Program-made: the position numbers and the translations under genes
Part shown: positions 40,879 to 50,226 of the stretch, piece by piece
Position numbering within the stretch: position 1 is the first letter of the stretch
How the letters are laid out: each line of letters starts with the position of its first letter
Assembly: GCA_007130125.1 (NCBI GenBank)
Contig: SLSZ01000018.1
Span: 4,200-68,199 of the forward strand
Source of the DNA: Bacteroidales bacterium
GTDB taxonomy: Bacteria > Bacteroidota > Bacteroidia > Bacteroidales > UBA7960
Length of the DNA: 64,000 nucleotides
Direction of reading: 5' to 3'
Notes under the pieces: model-generated
Databases searched by the model: none
What the model was told of the DNA's origin: nothing
The model's input: only the letters and a program-made list of their open reading frames with translations

Positions 40879-41292
40879 TCAGTTATTACTTCGGTCAAAA
40901 ATATTCAACAAAAAACCACGCTTTTTTTCAGGTATTTCAATAACCCTGGGTGGGATTGTAGATTCAACAAGCCCCCTTTCTTCAAGCTTTCGTGCTATCT
41001 CCGACTGATTTGTAATAAACATCAATTCCGATTTTGTTGTAATATATCTTATTCTAAGCTCAATAAGTTCATTTCGCAACTCTTCCTTTTCCCTTACCTT
41101 CTTTTCAGCATAATAGGAATTAAATATTAATAATAATGCTAATCCCATTAGATAAAAGAAAAAAGGCAAAAGATCAATTATCCTGGATTTTGTTAAAAAG
41201 GAGCCATCAATTATTGAAAAAAAACTTTTAAAAAGCTTATTGGGCTTCTTTTTGTATTTTTCGTTAGTGTTTTTGTAACTATTTGCACTCAT
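40879..41292 (-). CDS. FtsL-like bitopic cell-division protein
   Basis: Single TM (LLPFFFYLMGLALLLIF) followed by a coiled-coil-like stretch. It sits between rsmH and ftsI. Confidence 0.55.
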   Translation of the reverse strand: MSANSYKNTNEKYKKKPNKLFKSFFSIIDGSFLTKSRIIDLLPFFFYLMGLALLLIFNSYYAEKKVREKEELRNELIELRIRYITTKSELMFITNQSEIARKLEERGLVESTIPPRVIEIPEKKRGFLLNIFDRSNN

Positions 41293-41296
41293 AATG

Positions 41297-42193
41297 TCAT
41301 GTTTTTTCCGCTATTCTTAATTTTGCACTACGAGCCCTGTTATTTCTTTTTATTTCAATTTCCGATGGAATTATAAGTTTTTTTATGCTCTTAAAAGGAA
41401 CCAACTTATTTCCATAAAAATCTTTTTCAATAACACCTTCAAAGTTTCCTGACTTCATAAAATTCTTCACAAGCCTGTCTTCCAGTGAATGATAAGAAAT
41501 AATTACCAGCCTACCCCCTGGTTTTAAAACCCCGGGTGATTGTTCAAGGAATTCTTTAAGCGCATCAAGTTCCTCATTCACTTCAATTCTTAATGCCTGA
41601 AACACCTGGGCAAAAAACTTATTTCTTTTACCTCTCGGCGCAAACTGTTCCAATACTTCAATCAGCTGATCTGTGCTTTCAATGCTTTTATTATTTCTTT
41701 CTTTAATAATAGTCTTAGCAAGGTTTCTTGCATTTTTTAATTCACCATAAAGCCTGAAAACATCAACCAGCTTTTGTTCATCATAATTATTTACAATATC
41801 TGCAGCATCTTTACCGGCAGATTTGTCCATTCTCATATCCAGTGGTCCGGTGAATCTGGTAGAGAACCCTCTTTCCTGGTGGTCAAACTGATATGATGAA
41901 ACCCCCAGGTCAGCAAAAAGGCCATCAACGGGTATCAAATTATGAAACATTAAAAAGTTTTTGATGAACCTGAAATTATGGTTAAAAAACAGCAACCTTT
42001 CATCGTCCGGTATATTGGCCATTGCATCCTTGTCCTGATCAAAAGCAATTACTTTACCATTATCAAGTTTTTCAAGAATTGCCTTGGCATGGCCTCCACC
42101 ACCAAAAGTTGAATCAACATAAATACCGTTTTTCTTTATGTTCAACCCTTCGATGACTTCATTTAACAGAACAGGTTCATGATATTTAACCAT
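41297..42193 (-). CDS. rsmH: 16S rRNA (cytosine1402-N4)-methyltransferase
   Basis: YHEPVLLNEV, DSTFGGGGHA, DLGVSSYQ and ISYHSLEDR. Confidence 0.95.
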   Translation of the reverse strand: MVKYHEPVLLNEVIEGLNIKKNGIYVDSTFGGGGHAKAILEKLDNGKVIAFDQDKDAMANIPDDERLLFFNHNFRFIKNFLMFHNLIPVDGLFADLGVSSYQFDHQERGFSTRFTGPLDMRMDKSAGKDAADIVNNYDEQKLVDVFRLYGELKNARNLAKTIIKERNNKSIESTDQLIEVLEQFAPRGKRNKFFAQVFQALRIEVNEELDALKEFLEQSPGVLKPGGRLVIISYHSLEDRLVKNFMKSGNFEGVIEKDFYGNKLVPFKSIKKLIIPSEIEIKRNNRARSAKLRIAEKT

Positions 42194-42653
42194 CGCCTTC
42201 GTTATTTTTTATTTTTCCCATAACTTCTTCAGCCAATGATGCAAAATCATCCGGTTCGCTGTCCATCATTTCTTCATAAACGCTTTTAGCCCATATTTCA
42301 ATCCTTTGTCCATAAGCAAAGAGCACAATTTCTTTTTCGATACCGGCATAGTCAATAAGAGCTTTGGGCAGCAATAAACGATTAGCTGAATCTATATGTA
42401 ATTCGGTTGCGCCCCTAAAAAAATATCTTACAAACTCCCGGTTTTTCTTATTGTAAAGGTTAAGCGAATTTATTTCATGCGTAATCTGCTTCCACTCGCT
42501 ATCAGGATAAAGCGTGAGGTTTTTTTCAAAACCACGATTTATTACAAACCTCTCCTGGTCTTGTACGCCAAGCTGCCTTTTGATCCCTGCAGGCAAAACA
42601 AACCTGCCCTTTGAATCAACTCTGCAATCATATTCGCCTAACAAATAAGACAT
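42186..42653 (-). CDS. mraZ: transcriptional regulator MraZ
   Basis: Two SpoVT/AbrB-like halves (DSKGRFVLPAGIKRQL and DSANRLLLPKALIDYA). I prefer the ATG at 42653 (MSYLLGEY), because the longer GTG-initiated track ORF begins inside the operator repeats. Confidence 0.9.
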   Translation of the reverse strand: MSYLLGEYDCRVDSKGRFVLPAGIKRQLGVQDQERFVINRGFEKNLTLYPDSEWKQITHEINSLNLYNKKNREFVRYFFRGATELHIDSANRLLLPKALIDYAGIEKEIVLFAYGQRIEIWAKSVYEEMMDSEPDDFASLAEEVMGKIKNNEGDG

Positions 42654-42692
42654 TCCCACACTTTTTTTTAATTTTGAGTGTAAATATAATAA

Positions 42693-42700
42693 CAAAATTA
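42693..42700 (-). promoter_or_regulatory. candidate -7 box (TAATTTTG) of the dcw/mraZ promoter
   Basis: TAnnTTTG match on the minus strand, 40 nt upstream of the mraZ ATG. It overlaps the first GTGGTAA repeat. Confidence 0.45.
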
Positions 42701-42724
42701 CCACAATTTACCACTTTTTACCAC
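42698..42724 (-). promoter_or_regulatory. putative MraZ operator: three GTGGTAA direct repeats at 10-bp spacing
   Basis: The plus strand reads ttaccac at 42698-42704, 42708-42714 and 42718-42724. The minus strand reads GTGGTAAAAA GTGGTAAATT GTGGTAATTT. Direct repeats with a GTG/TGGG core and about 10-bp phasing upstream of mraZ are the known MraZ binding architecture. Confidence 0.55.
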
Positions 42725-42939
42725 ATTGTTGATAACTTTTTTATTATAAGTCTTTATGTATCAAGGAGGAAGGTTTTTTATCCTTGATTTTCAGGTAGTT
42801 ACACAGGCGTCGGCAAAAACCCGCTATTTAACACTTTGGTGAACTCTGTAGTATAATAACTATAAATTTACAAAACTAAAAAAACATAAAAAGCATTGTG
42901 TCTTATTTAACCAACATTGAAGCCAAAAAAATAATTGTT

Positions 42940-42947
42940 TATATTTG
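42940..42947 (+). promoter_or_regulatory. candidate -7 box (TATATTTG)
   Basis: TAnnTTTG match 97 nt upstream of the ATG at 43044. Confidence 0.35.
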
Positions 42948-43043
42948 TAGTTTACTTATCGGTTGTTGGCTTATTAATATTAAAAAGTAACATTTAATTA
43001 AAAAAAGCTACTATTGATAACAAAGCAATTTTTAAAACAATAA

Positions 43044-43916
43044 ATGGAACAGACTAACGATAAAAAAGGAAACAAGGATCAAAGAGAAGGTTTTATTGAT
43101 ATAGATAAGATCTTCAAAAAAAAAGGCGGCAAGCTATATCCGTTAATTCCTAAGTTTATAATTAGGTATATCAAACATATTACACACCAGGATGAGATCA
43201 ACGCTACAATTAATCGCAATAGCGAAAAAATGGGCCTTGACTTCATAGGTGAGTTGATTGAAAACGAATTTGGCGCAGATGTTCATGTAGTTAACCCCGA
43301 AAATTTACCTGCAAAAGGTAGATATATTGTTGCTTCAAACCATCCATTGGGTGGTCTTGATGGTATCGCTTTAATGTACGCTGTTGGGAAAAAAAGGAAA
43401 GATATAAAATTTCTTGCTAATGATCTTCTCCTGGAGCTACGCAATCTTAAAGAATTATTTGTTCCGATAAACAAGCATGGAAGAAGCAATTATGAATCCG
43501 TTAAATTGATAGAAAGTGTTTATAAATCTGATGACCTTATTCTTATTTTTCCTGCCGGGCTTGTATCGCGTAAGCAAAAGGGGAAAATTTACGATTTAAC
43601 CTGGAAAAAAAGTTTTATTACAAAAGCCGTCCAACACAACAGGGATATTATTCCAGTACATATACAAGGAAAAAATTCAAAATTTTTCTATAACTTAGCC
43701 CGCTTTAGAAAAAAAATAGGTTTAAAATTTAACATTGAAATGCTTTACCTTCCGGACGAGATGTTTAAACAAAAGGGTAAAAGTATTACAATAACATTTG
43801 GCAAACCAATTCCAAATAGTATATTTACAAAAGAAAAAACTCATCATGAATGGGCACAAAAGGTAAAACAACATGTATATAGTTTGCCCTACAATGATAA
43901 ACCATTTGAACCGTAA
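43044..43916 (+). CDS. PlsC-family lysolipid O-acyltransferase (OlsA/GlsA-like)
   Basis: Acyltransferase HX4D-type block ASNHPLGGLDG and IFPAGLVSRK. It sits immediately upstream of an OlsB-like N-acyltransferase. Confidence 0.65.
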   Translation: MEQTNDKKGNKDQREGFIDIDKIFKKKGGKLYPLIPKFIIRYIKHITHQDEINATINRNSEKMGLDFIGELIENEFGADVHVVNPENLPAKGRYIVASNHPLGGLDGIALMYAVGKKRKDIKFLANDLLLELRNLKELFVPINKHGRSNYESVKLIESVYKSDDLILIFPAGLVSRKQKGKIYDLTWKKSFITKAVQHNRDIIPVHIQGKNSKFFYNLARFRKKIGLKFNIEMLYLPDEMFKQKGKSITITFGKPIPNSIFTKEKTHHEWAQKVKQHVYSLPYNDKPFEP

Positions 43917-43966
43917 ATAATTGTTTTTTAAAACAAAATATTTGAAATAAAGATAAAAGATATAAT

Positions 43967-44893
43967 ATGGAGCCAATAATTCCACCCGTAAGTCGTGATA
44001 TATTAGAAGAGGAATTATCAAATCATAAGATTCTTCGCTCAACCAATAATGGCGATAATCTTATCTATGTGGTGACATATCACGATGCGCCCAATGTACT
44101 CAAGGAACTTGGTCGTTTGCGCGAAATTTCTTTTCGTGAAGCTGGCGGTGGAACAGGTAAATCTATTGACATTGACGATTTCGATACCAATGCAAATCCT
44201 TATAAGCAACTAATTGTATGGTCACCCAAAGATCGCGAGATCATTGGTGGATACAGATACTTCCTTTGTGATGAAGCAAAATTCAAAAGCAATGGTGTTC
44301 CTTTATTATCAACATCTAACTATTTTAAGTTTTCACAAACTTTTATTGATGAATACCTGCCATACACTATAGAATTAGGTCGATCATTTGTTCAACCCAA
44401 GTTTCAACCTTCAAAAGATAACCGCAAGGGTTTATTTTCACTTGACAATTTATGGGATGGACTAGGAGCTTTGGTTGTTGACCACCCCGGCAAAAAGTAT
44501 TTTTTTGGAAAAGTCACTATGTATAAAGACTTTAATAAGCGGGCGAGGGATATGATACTCTTTTTTCTTCATAAGTTTTTCCCTGATAAAGAGGGCTTGG
44601 TAAAGCCTATTGATCCAATATATATTGAAAATTCGCCTTCAGAATTTGAGGAGTTGTTCAATGGCAGTAGTTTTGAAGAAAACCACAAAATACTTTTTCA
44701 GGAAGTAAGAAAATGTAATGAAAATATTCCTCCTCTGATAAATTCTTATATGGGATTAAGTCCTACCATGAAAACTTTTGGTACTGTTATAAATGAACAT
44801 TTTGGAGGTGTTGAGGAAACCGCTATCATGGTTACCATTAGCGACATTTATGAATCCAAAAAGAAAAGGCATATTGACACTTACAGAAAATAA
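43967..44893 (+). CDS. OlsB/GlsB-like (hemolysin-like GNAT-fold) amino-acid N-acyltransferase
   Basis: LGRLREISFREAGGGTGKSIDIDDFD and ELGRSFVQPKFQ resemble the OlsB-type N-acyltransferase family that makes N-acyl glycine/ornithine lipids. It is paired with a PlsC-like gene. Confidence 0.65.
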   Translation: MEPIIPPVSRDILEEELSNHKILRSTNNGDNLIYVVTYHDAPNVLKELGRLREISFREAGGGTGKSIDIDDFDTNANPYKQLIVWSPKDREIIGGYRYFLCDEAKFKSNGVPLLSTSNYFKFSQTFIDEYLPYTIELGRSFVQPKFQPSKDNRKGLFSLDNLWDGLGALVVDHPGKKYFFGKVTMYKDFNKRARDMILFFLHKFFPDKEGLVKPIDPIYIENSPSEFEELFNGSSFEENHKILFQEVRKCNENIPPLINSYMGLSPTMKTFGTVINEHFGGVEETAIMVTISDIYESKKKRHIDTYRK

Positions 44894-44907
44894 TTCATTC
44901 CAGTAAA

Positions 44908-45531
44908 ATGTTTACTATAGACAATGCCGAATTTATAAAAAGTTCTGCAAGTATTAATGACTGTCCAAAAGCACCATTCCCGGAATTTGCTTTTATTGGC
45001 AGATCAAACGTTGGAAAATCAACTTTGATAAACATGCTTGTGAACAGGAAAAAGCTTGCAAAAACATCTTCAACTCCAGGTAAAACACAATTAATAAATC
45101 ATTTCCTGATAAACAATTCATGGTTCCTGACTGATCTGCCGGGTTTCGGTTTTGCTAAAGTACCTAAAACAGAAAAAGCAAAATGGGATAAGATGATCAA
45201 ACAGTACCTGACACAACGAAAACAGCTTATGAGTACATTTTTCCTGATTGACATCAGGCACGAGCCACAGGCAATAGACATCGAGTTCCTATACTGGATG
45301 GGTGAAAATCAGCTTCCTTTTGTAGTTACTTATACCAAAGCTGACAAAATCAATAAAGCTAAAATAAAACAAAACATTAACAACTTTGAAAAAAAGCTGG
45401 CTGAATTTTGGGAACCACTGCCACCATCATTTGTTTCTTCAGCAATTAAAGCTACAGGCAGAGATGAAATACTTACTTATATTGATAAATGCCGCAAACT
45501 TTTTAACCCGAAAGCCATACAACATCAATAA
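44908..45531 (+). CDS. engB: ribosome-biogenesis GTPase EngB/YihA
   Basis: G1 GRSNVGKSTLIN, TPGKTQ, G3 DLPGFG, G4 TKADK. Confidence 0.9.
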   Translation: MFTIDNAEFIKSSASINDCPKAPFPEFAFIGRSNVGKSTLINMLVNRKKLAKTSSTPGKTQLINHFLINNSWFLTDLPGFGFAKVPKTEKAKWDKMIKQYLTQRKQLMSTFFLIDIRHEPQAIDIEFLYWMGENQLPFVVTYTKADKINKAKIKQNINNFEKKLAEFWEPLPPSFVSSAIKATGRDEILTYIDKCRKLFNPKAIQHQ

Positions 45532-45544
45532 CTCAACAACACCA

Positions 45545-46561
45545 TCAAGGTTTATACCTCGAGCTAACAAAAATCTTCTCAGCATCCGACATTTCAATAA
45601 GAGTTTTCAGATCAACCTCGCTGTTTCTTCTCATATATTCCCTTACTATTTGCCATCCAATCCATACTGCAACCCTCGGTGATGAATTTTTCGTAAAAGG
45701 AGATGTAAAAGGTGCATCGGTTATGAAGTTGTTTATTTTATTACGATTGGTGGAATACAAAAGCTGGTTATCAATAAAGTAGCTCCACACAAAGCCTTGA
45801 TTCTTTTCAATCCAGTATTCCTGCATTGAAGTATAGCCTATTTTTAGTGTATCATGAACATTTGGCATCATACAATCAAGAAAATATAGTTTCATCCCTT
45901 CAAGCACCATGAAATCAACAAGGCTTTCAGCTTTGATATGCTCACCGGCTTTATCCTCAGCAATAGTATACATAACATCACGTGCAATGAACTCAGGCGA
46001 ACGCCTCATCAGCTGATATGCCGGTATACCGACTTTTTGGTATTTTGTAAAATCGGAGCCGAGATACATATCGAGAGCAATAGCTATATTGTTATCACTG
46101 TATTTTATTGGCTCATGCAAGTCCATCCCCGAAACATAACTATATACCTCAGGTACTTCGAAATCCGGGAAATGATATTTATAATATGTAAAAGCTTTGG
46201 TGAGTTGCTCTTCAAGCTCATTCAGGTCAGGGAACACCTCGACCGTCTCATTATACAAGTCAACAATAACAGGATCGGTGACATAATCATATAATTGCTG
46301 CTGCGCCATAGGATTATCCAACTCATCTCCCAGGAAAAAGTAAAACTCATCGGTATAAGGTTTTAACTCCTCCTGAATTTGAAATGGATTAATATTGAAT
46401 AGAACTTTTTCAAACCTACTTATTTGTATAGAGTCAATCTCTATATCAGAAACATCAGCCTGATAGGGCATACGTCTTTTCGAATCATTTAAAAATACAA
46501 TGATGGGCAAAGCAATTACCAGGAATATTAAAACTATTAACAAATATCTCTTCTTATTCAT
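45545..46561 (-). CDS. gldB: GldB-like gliding-motility protein (membrane-anchored, no lipobox Cys)
   Basis: The C-terminal block SPRVAVWIGWQIVREYMRRN...AEKIFVSSRYKP and the internal IAIALDMYLGSDFTKY match my recollection of Flavobacterium GldB. The N-terminus is a hydrophobic anchor without Cys. Confidence 0.5.
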   Translation of the reverse strand: MNKKRYLLIVLIFLVIALPIIVFLNDSKRRMPYQADVSDIEIDSIQISRFEKVLFNINPFQIQEELKPYTDEFYFFLGDELDNPMAQQQLYDYVTDPVIVDLYNETVEVFPDLNELEEQLTKAFTYYKYHFPDFEVPEVYSYVSGMDLHEPIKYSDNNIAIALDMYLGSDFTKYQKVGIPAYQLMRRSPEFIARDVMYTIAEDKAGEHIKAESLVDFMVLEGMKLYFLDCMMPNVHDTLKIGYTSMQEYWIEKNQGFVWSYFIDNQLLYSTNRNKINNFITDAPFTSPFTKNSSPRVAVWIGWQIVREYMRRNSEVDLKTLIEMSDAEKIFVSSRYKP

Positions 46562-46645
46562 ATTACCATTATTATCTTTGATTACAACTTGTTATCTAAC
46601 GTGAAAATACCCGATAAATTTAATTTAATGGCAAAAAAATCCATT

Positions 46646-47500
46646 TCATTTTTTCAAACATCTATTTAAGCTTCTTCTCCAGTGTGGTATATTCAAATTA
46701 AAATCATTTTTAATCTTTTCTTTATTAAGTAAAGAGTAATGCGGCCGTTCAGCTTTGCTTGGAAAGTGATTGCTTAACACAGGCTCGATCTTACATTGAA
46801 GTTTTTTAATATCAGCTATTGCAATAGCAATATCATACCAGCTCGCTACCCCTTCGTTGGAATAGTTATATACAGAAATCCCTTCAGGCATTTTAAATAT
46901 TTTTGGCAGTATTGTTAAAGTGGCATGTGCAAAGTCATAAGCATATGTTGGGGATCCGACCTGGTCATAAACAACTTTAAGATCCTGCTTTTCTTTACAT
47001 TTATTCAAAATCGTTTTTACGAAATTATTGCCAAAAGCTGAGTAGAGCCAGGATGTTCGTAATATTAATCCTCTTTCGAGATTCAAAAATATTTCTTTTT
47101 CACCGGCTAATTTGCTTTTTCCATAAGCTGTTTTTGGGTCAGGTATGTCATCTTCAGTATATGGAACGGATTTTTGTCCATCAAATAAATAGTCGGTTGA
47201 GAAATGCACAAGGAAAGTTTTTGTCTTTGCTGAGGCCAATGCAAGGTTGCGCACACCAACAGCATTTACATCCATTGCATCCTGAAAGTTTTCCTCGGCA
47301 TTATCAACACCTGTAAATGAAGCACAATTGATTATACAATCAATATCTCCATCCTTTATGGCTTTTTCAACAACCTTTAATTTAGTAATATCCACTTCAT
47401 GGCGAGTAGCAAAGAAAAACTTCATGTCTTTATACAACCTGGATATTTCCTTGAATTGACTTCCCAGCTGGCCTTTGCTTCCAGTGACCAATATACGCAT
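46646..47500 (-). CDS. rfbD: dTDP-4-dehydrorhamnose reductase
   Basis: MRILVTGSKGQLG Rossmann motif and STDYLFDG...YGKSKLAGE (the YxxxK catalytic motif). The 284-aa length is typical of RmlD. Confidence 0.8.
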   Translation of the reverse strand: MRILVTGSKGQLGSQFKEISRLYKDMKFFFATRHEVDITKLKVVEKAIKDGDIDCIINCASFTGVDNAEENFQDAMDVNAVGVRNLALASAKTKTFLVHFSTDYLFDGQKSVPYTEDDIPDPKTAYGKSKLAGEKEIFLNLERGLILRTSWLYSAFGNNFVKTILNKCKEKQDLKVVYDQVGSPTYAYDFAHATLTILPKIFKMPEGISVYNYSNEGVASWYDIAIAIADIKKLQCKIEPVLSNHFPSKAERPHYSLLNKEKIKNDFNLNIPHWRRSLNRCLKK

Positions 47501-47545
47501 AGCTCTTATTCCAGTTTTTTATTTCAACAAAAAAGACATAATAAT

Positions 47546-48484
47546 TTATAAAGTCTTTTTAAAATAATTTATCGTTTCTTTAAGTCCATCATCTAAACCA
47601 ACCAAAGGTTTCCATTGGATAATTTTTTCGGCTTTTGAAATATCCGGTTTACGTTTCAATGGATCATCTTTTGGAAGTGGTTCAAAAATAATATTAGATT
47701 TTGATCCTGTAAAACGCAAAATTTTCTCGGCTATTTCAAGCATTGAATGTTCTACCGGATTACCAATATTAACAGGGCCTACAGTATCATCAGGGGTATC
47801 CATGAACTTTATAAGCCCTTCTACCATGTCATCAACATAGCAAAAGCTCCTTGTTTGTGAGCCATCACCAAAAACTGTTATATTTCTATTATTTAAAGCC
47901 TGAACAATAAAATTGCTGATAACCCTTCCGTCATTGGGGTGCATCCTGGGTCCGTAGGTGTTAAATATTCTCATTAGTTTTATTCGCACATTATTTTGCC
48001 TGTGATAATTAACAAAAAGAGCCTCAGCACATCTTTTACCTTCATCATAACAAGCCCGGTCACCAATCGGATTAACATTACCCCAGTATGTTTCAGTTTG
48101 AGGATGTTCCAAAGGGTCTCCATAAACTTCGCTGGTAGATGCTTGCAACACTTTGGCTTTTATGCGTTTTGCCAGCCCAAGCATATTTATCGAACCCATA
48201 ACCGAGGTCTTAATTGTTTTTATTCCATTATACTGATAATGGATAGGTGATGCCGGGCATGCAAGGTTATATATCTCATCGGCTTCTATAAAAAAAGGCA
48301 TTGTAATATCATGTCTGATCAACTCAAAGTATGGATTATTCAAGAGGTGTAATATGTTAGCTTTCTGCCCGGTAAAAAAATTATCAAGACAATACACCTC
48401 ATAGCCCATGTTTAAAAGCCTTTCGCACAAATGCGAACCAAGAAAGCCTGCTCCGCCGGTTACCAATATTCTTCTTTTAACCAT
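47546..48484 (-). CDS. UDP-glucuronate decarboxylase (UDP-xylose synthase)-type SDR
   Basis: [19 protein letters not shown]...[11 protein letters not shown]...ELIRHD...STSEVYGDP...YDEGKR is the characteristic UXS pattern. Confidence 0.85.
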   Translation of the reverse strand: MVKRRILVTGGAGFLGSHLCERLLNMGYEVYCLDNFFTGQKANILHLLNNPYFELIRHDITMPFFIEADEIYNLACPASPIHYQYNGIKTIKTSVMGSINMLGLAKRIKAKVLQASTSEVYGDPLEHPQTETYWGNVNPIGDRACYDEGKRCAEALFVNYHRQNNVRIKLMRIFNTYGPRMHPNDGRVISNFIVQALNNRNITVFGDGSQTRSFCYVDDMVEGLIKFMDTPDDTVGPVNIGNPVEHSMLEIAEKILRFTGSKSNIIFEPLPKDDPLKRKPDISKAEKIIQWKPLVGLDDGLKETINYFKKTL

Positions 48485-48677
48485 TATGGTTTAATTTATG
48501 TTATTTTTGAATAATATCGAGGCAAATTTATGCAAATTTCAAGTTAATAATATTATTTCAAGGTATTAAAAACAAATATCTTTATTTTTTTGTTAATCTT
48601 GCAGAAGGTTTAGTTCATTAATAATATTTAAAGAACCATCTGTTTCTTTATAAACCGGAAATATAGTTTACTTGGCT

Positions 48678-50087
48678 ATGAAAGAGAATGAATTTTTAGA
48701 CACCAACCGCAAAGCCCTGGTCATAAACCTTGATGACAAAATATATGGTTCTTTTGCAGAGATTGGAGGAGGTCAGGAGGTTGCCCGGTTTTTTTTTCAA
48801 TCCGGTGGAGCTTCCGGAACTATAGCTAAAACCATCTCAGCTTATGATATGGTATTTAGTGATACTACCTATGGCAACTGCCCTAACGAAAGATATGTTT
48901 CTGAAGGCAGGCTGTTGCAAATGATGGATAAAGAATTTGAAAACTTAGTTAATGTATTAGGTAAAAAACGACAAAAGAGCACACAGTTTTTTTCTTTTTG
49001 CAACACTGTTGAAACAATAAATTACAAAAAAGACAATCAGGCACATGGTTGGATAGGCGTGCGATTCCAAATAAACCCTGAGAGCAAACCCAATGAGGTG
49101 ATACTTCACGTTTGGCTTCATGAAAAAGACAGGATATTACAACAAAACACCCTGGGAGAGCTTGGTGTTAATCTTATATATGCCTGTTTTTTCCATTATA
49201 AACACCCGAATAAATTTTTAAAATCATTAATTGAAAACATCTCCAGTGACCGGATTGAAATTGATATGATTCGAATGACAGGGCCTGAACTTGACTATGT
49301 CGATAATCGCTTGCTGGCATTACAGTTGGTTAAAAACAAAATGACCAGCGCAACAATGTTCAACAGATATGGCACAGTCCTTCAACCCAGCGATGTACTT
49401 TACAAAAAAAATATTATGATACTAAGAGGCAGTTTTAGGCCTATTACATATGCAGGATTTGATATGCTTAAAAACGGTTTTTCACTATTTAAAGAAGACG
49501 TTGGGTTTGTAAAAGAAAAAACAGTGGTTTTATGCGAAATGACATTACATAACTTACTCAACAGTGGAGACTTTGATGAACAGGATTTCCTTGACCGGGT
49601 AGATATTTTGAGTGGTATGGGGCAAAATGTGATGATCTCAAACTTTCAGGAATTCTACAAACTTGCAATATGGCTGAGAAGATTTAAAACTCAGAACATC
49701 CGTATGATTGTCGGAGCTCTCACGTTCAGGAATGTAATTGACAATAAATACTACACCCATTTAAAAGGTGGTATAATGGAAGCTCTTGGTAATTTGTTCA
49801 TGAAAAATCTAAAAGTATATATTTACCCCGGAAGGGAAAATGAAAAAGATGAAATTATCAATACCGGCAATATGCCCATGACTGATGATGTTAAATATTT
49901 ATATAAGTATCTGGTTAGCAACGGTTACATTGTTGATATTAAAAATTTCAGGCAAGAGGTGTTGCCTTATTTCTCACACTTAGTGCTTAAAAAAATCCAC
50001 GATAAAGATCCTCAATGGGAAACAATGGTACCAAAGTATGTATCAGATTTCATAAAAACTAAAAGGTTGTTTGGTTATAATCCCTAA
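48678..50087 (+). CDS. conserved-looking cytoplasmic protein of unknown function
   Basis: 469 aa from the ATG at 48678 (the track ORF starts at a TTG two codons earlier). No signal peptide or TM. It has a striking N-terminal block IYGSFAEIGGGQEVARFFFQSGGASGTIAKTISAYDM. I cannot assign a family. Confidence 0.6.
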   Translation: MKENEFLDTNRKALVINLDDKIYGSFAEIGGGQEVARFFFQSGGASGTIAKTISAYDMVFSDTTYGNCPNERYVSEGRLLQMMDKEFENLVNVLGKKRQKSTQFFSFCNTVETINYKKDNQAHGWIGVRFQINPESKPNEVILHVWLHEKDRILQQNTLGELGVNLIYACFFHYKHPNKFLKSLIENISSDRIEIDMIRMTGPELDYVDNRLLALQLVKNKMTSATMFNRYGTVLQPSDVLYKKNIMILRGSFRPITYAGFDMLKNGFSLFKEDVGFVKEKTVVLCEMTLHNLLNSGDFDEQDFLDRVDILSGMGQNVMISNFQEFYKLAIWLRRFKTQNIRMIVGALTFRNVIDNKYYTHLKGGIMEALGNLFMKNLKVYIYPGRENEKDEIINTGNMPMTDDVKYLYKYLVSNGYIVDIKNFRQEVLPYFSHLVLKKIHDKDPQWETMVPKYVSDFIKTKRLFGYNP

Positions 50088-50143
50088 TCCTTAAATATCT
50101 CTGAAAAAGTCAATCGTTAAAGCCTGAAACTATTCACAAAAAA

Positions 50144-50176
50144 GCCGGGGGTCGAATTCTCATATCAACCCCCGGC
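50144..50176. terminator. bidirectional rho-independent terminator between convergent genes
   Basis: gccggggg (50144-50151) / cccccggc (50169-50176). An A-run on the left gives a T-run for the minus-strand transcript. Confidence 0.6.
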
Positions 50177-50226
50177 ATTAACTTATTTTTCAACAAAACC
50201 ACTAACTAAAACTTTAAACAACTATT

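Noticed and set aside
42654-42704. N-terminally extended start codons in the ORF track (mraZ GTG at 42704; also proS 5336, GT4 21116, TrmH-family 24229, murG 33179, receptor-like 52842, parE TTG 53149)
   Set aside because: The extensions add non-conserved, often hydrophobic or junk residues. They overlap upstream genes, terminators or promoter/operator elements. Internal ATGs give N-termini that match the respective families.
42760-42788. 8-bp hairpin (atcaagga / tccttgat) in the mraZ / acyltransferase divergent region
   Set aside because: The stem is short, there is no upstream gene to terminate and no adjacent T-run in a meaningful orientation. That is insufficient to call a regulatory element.
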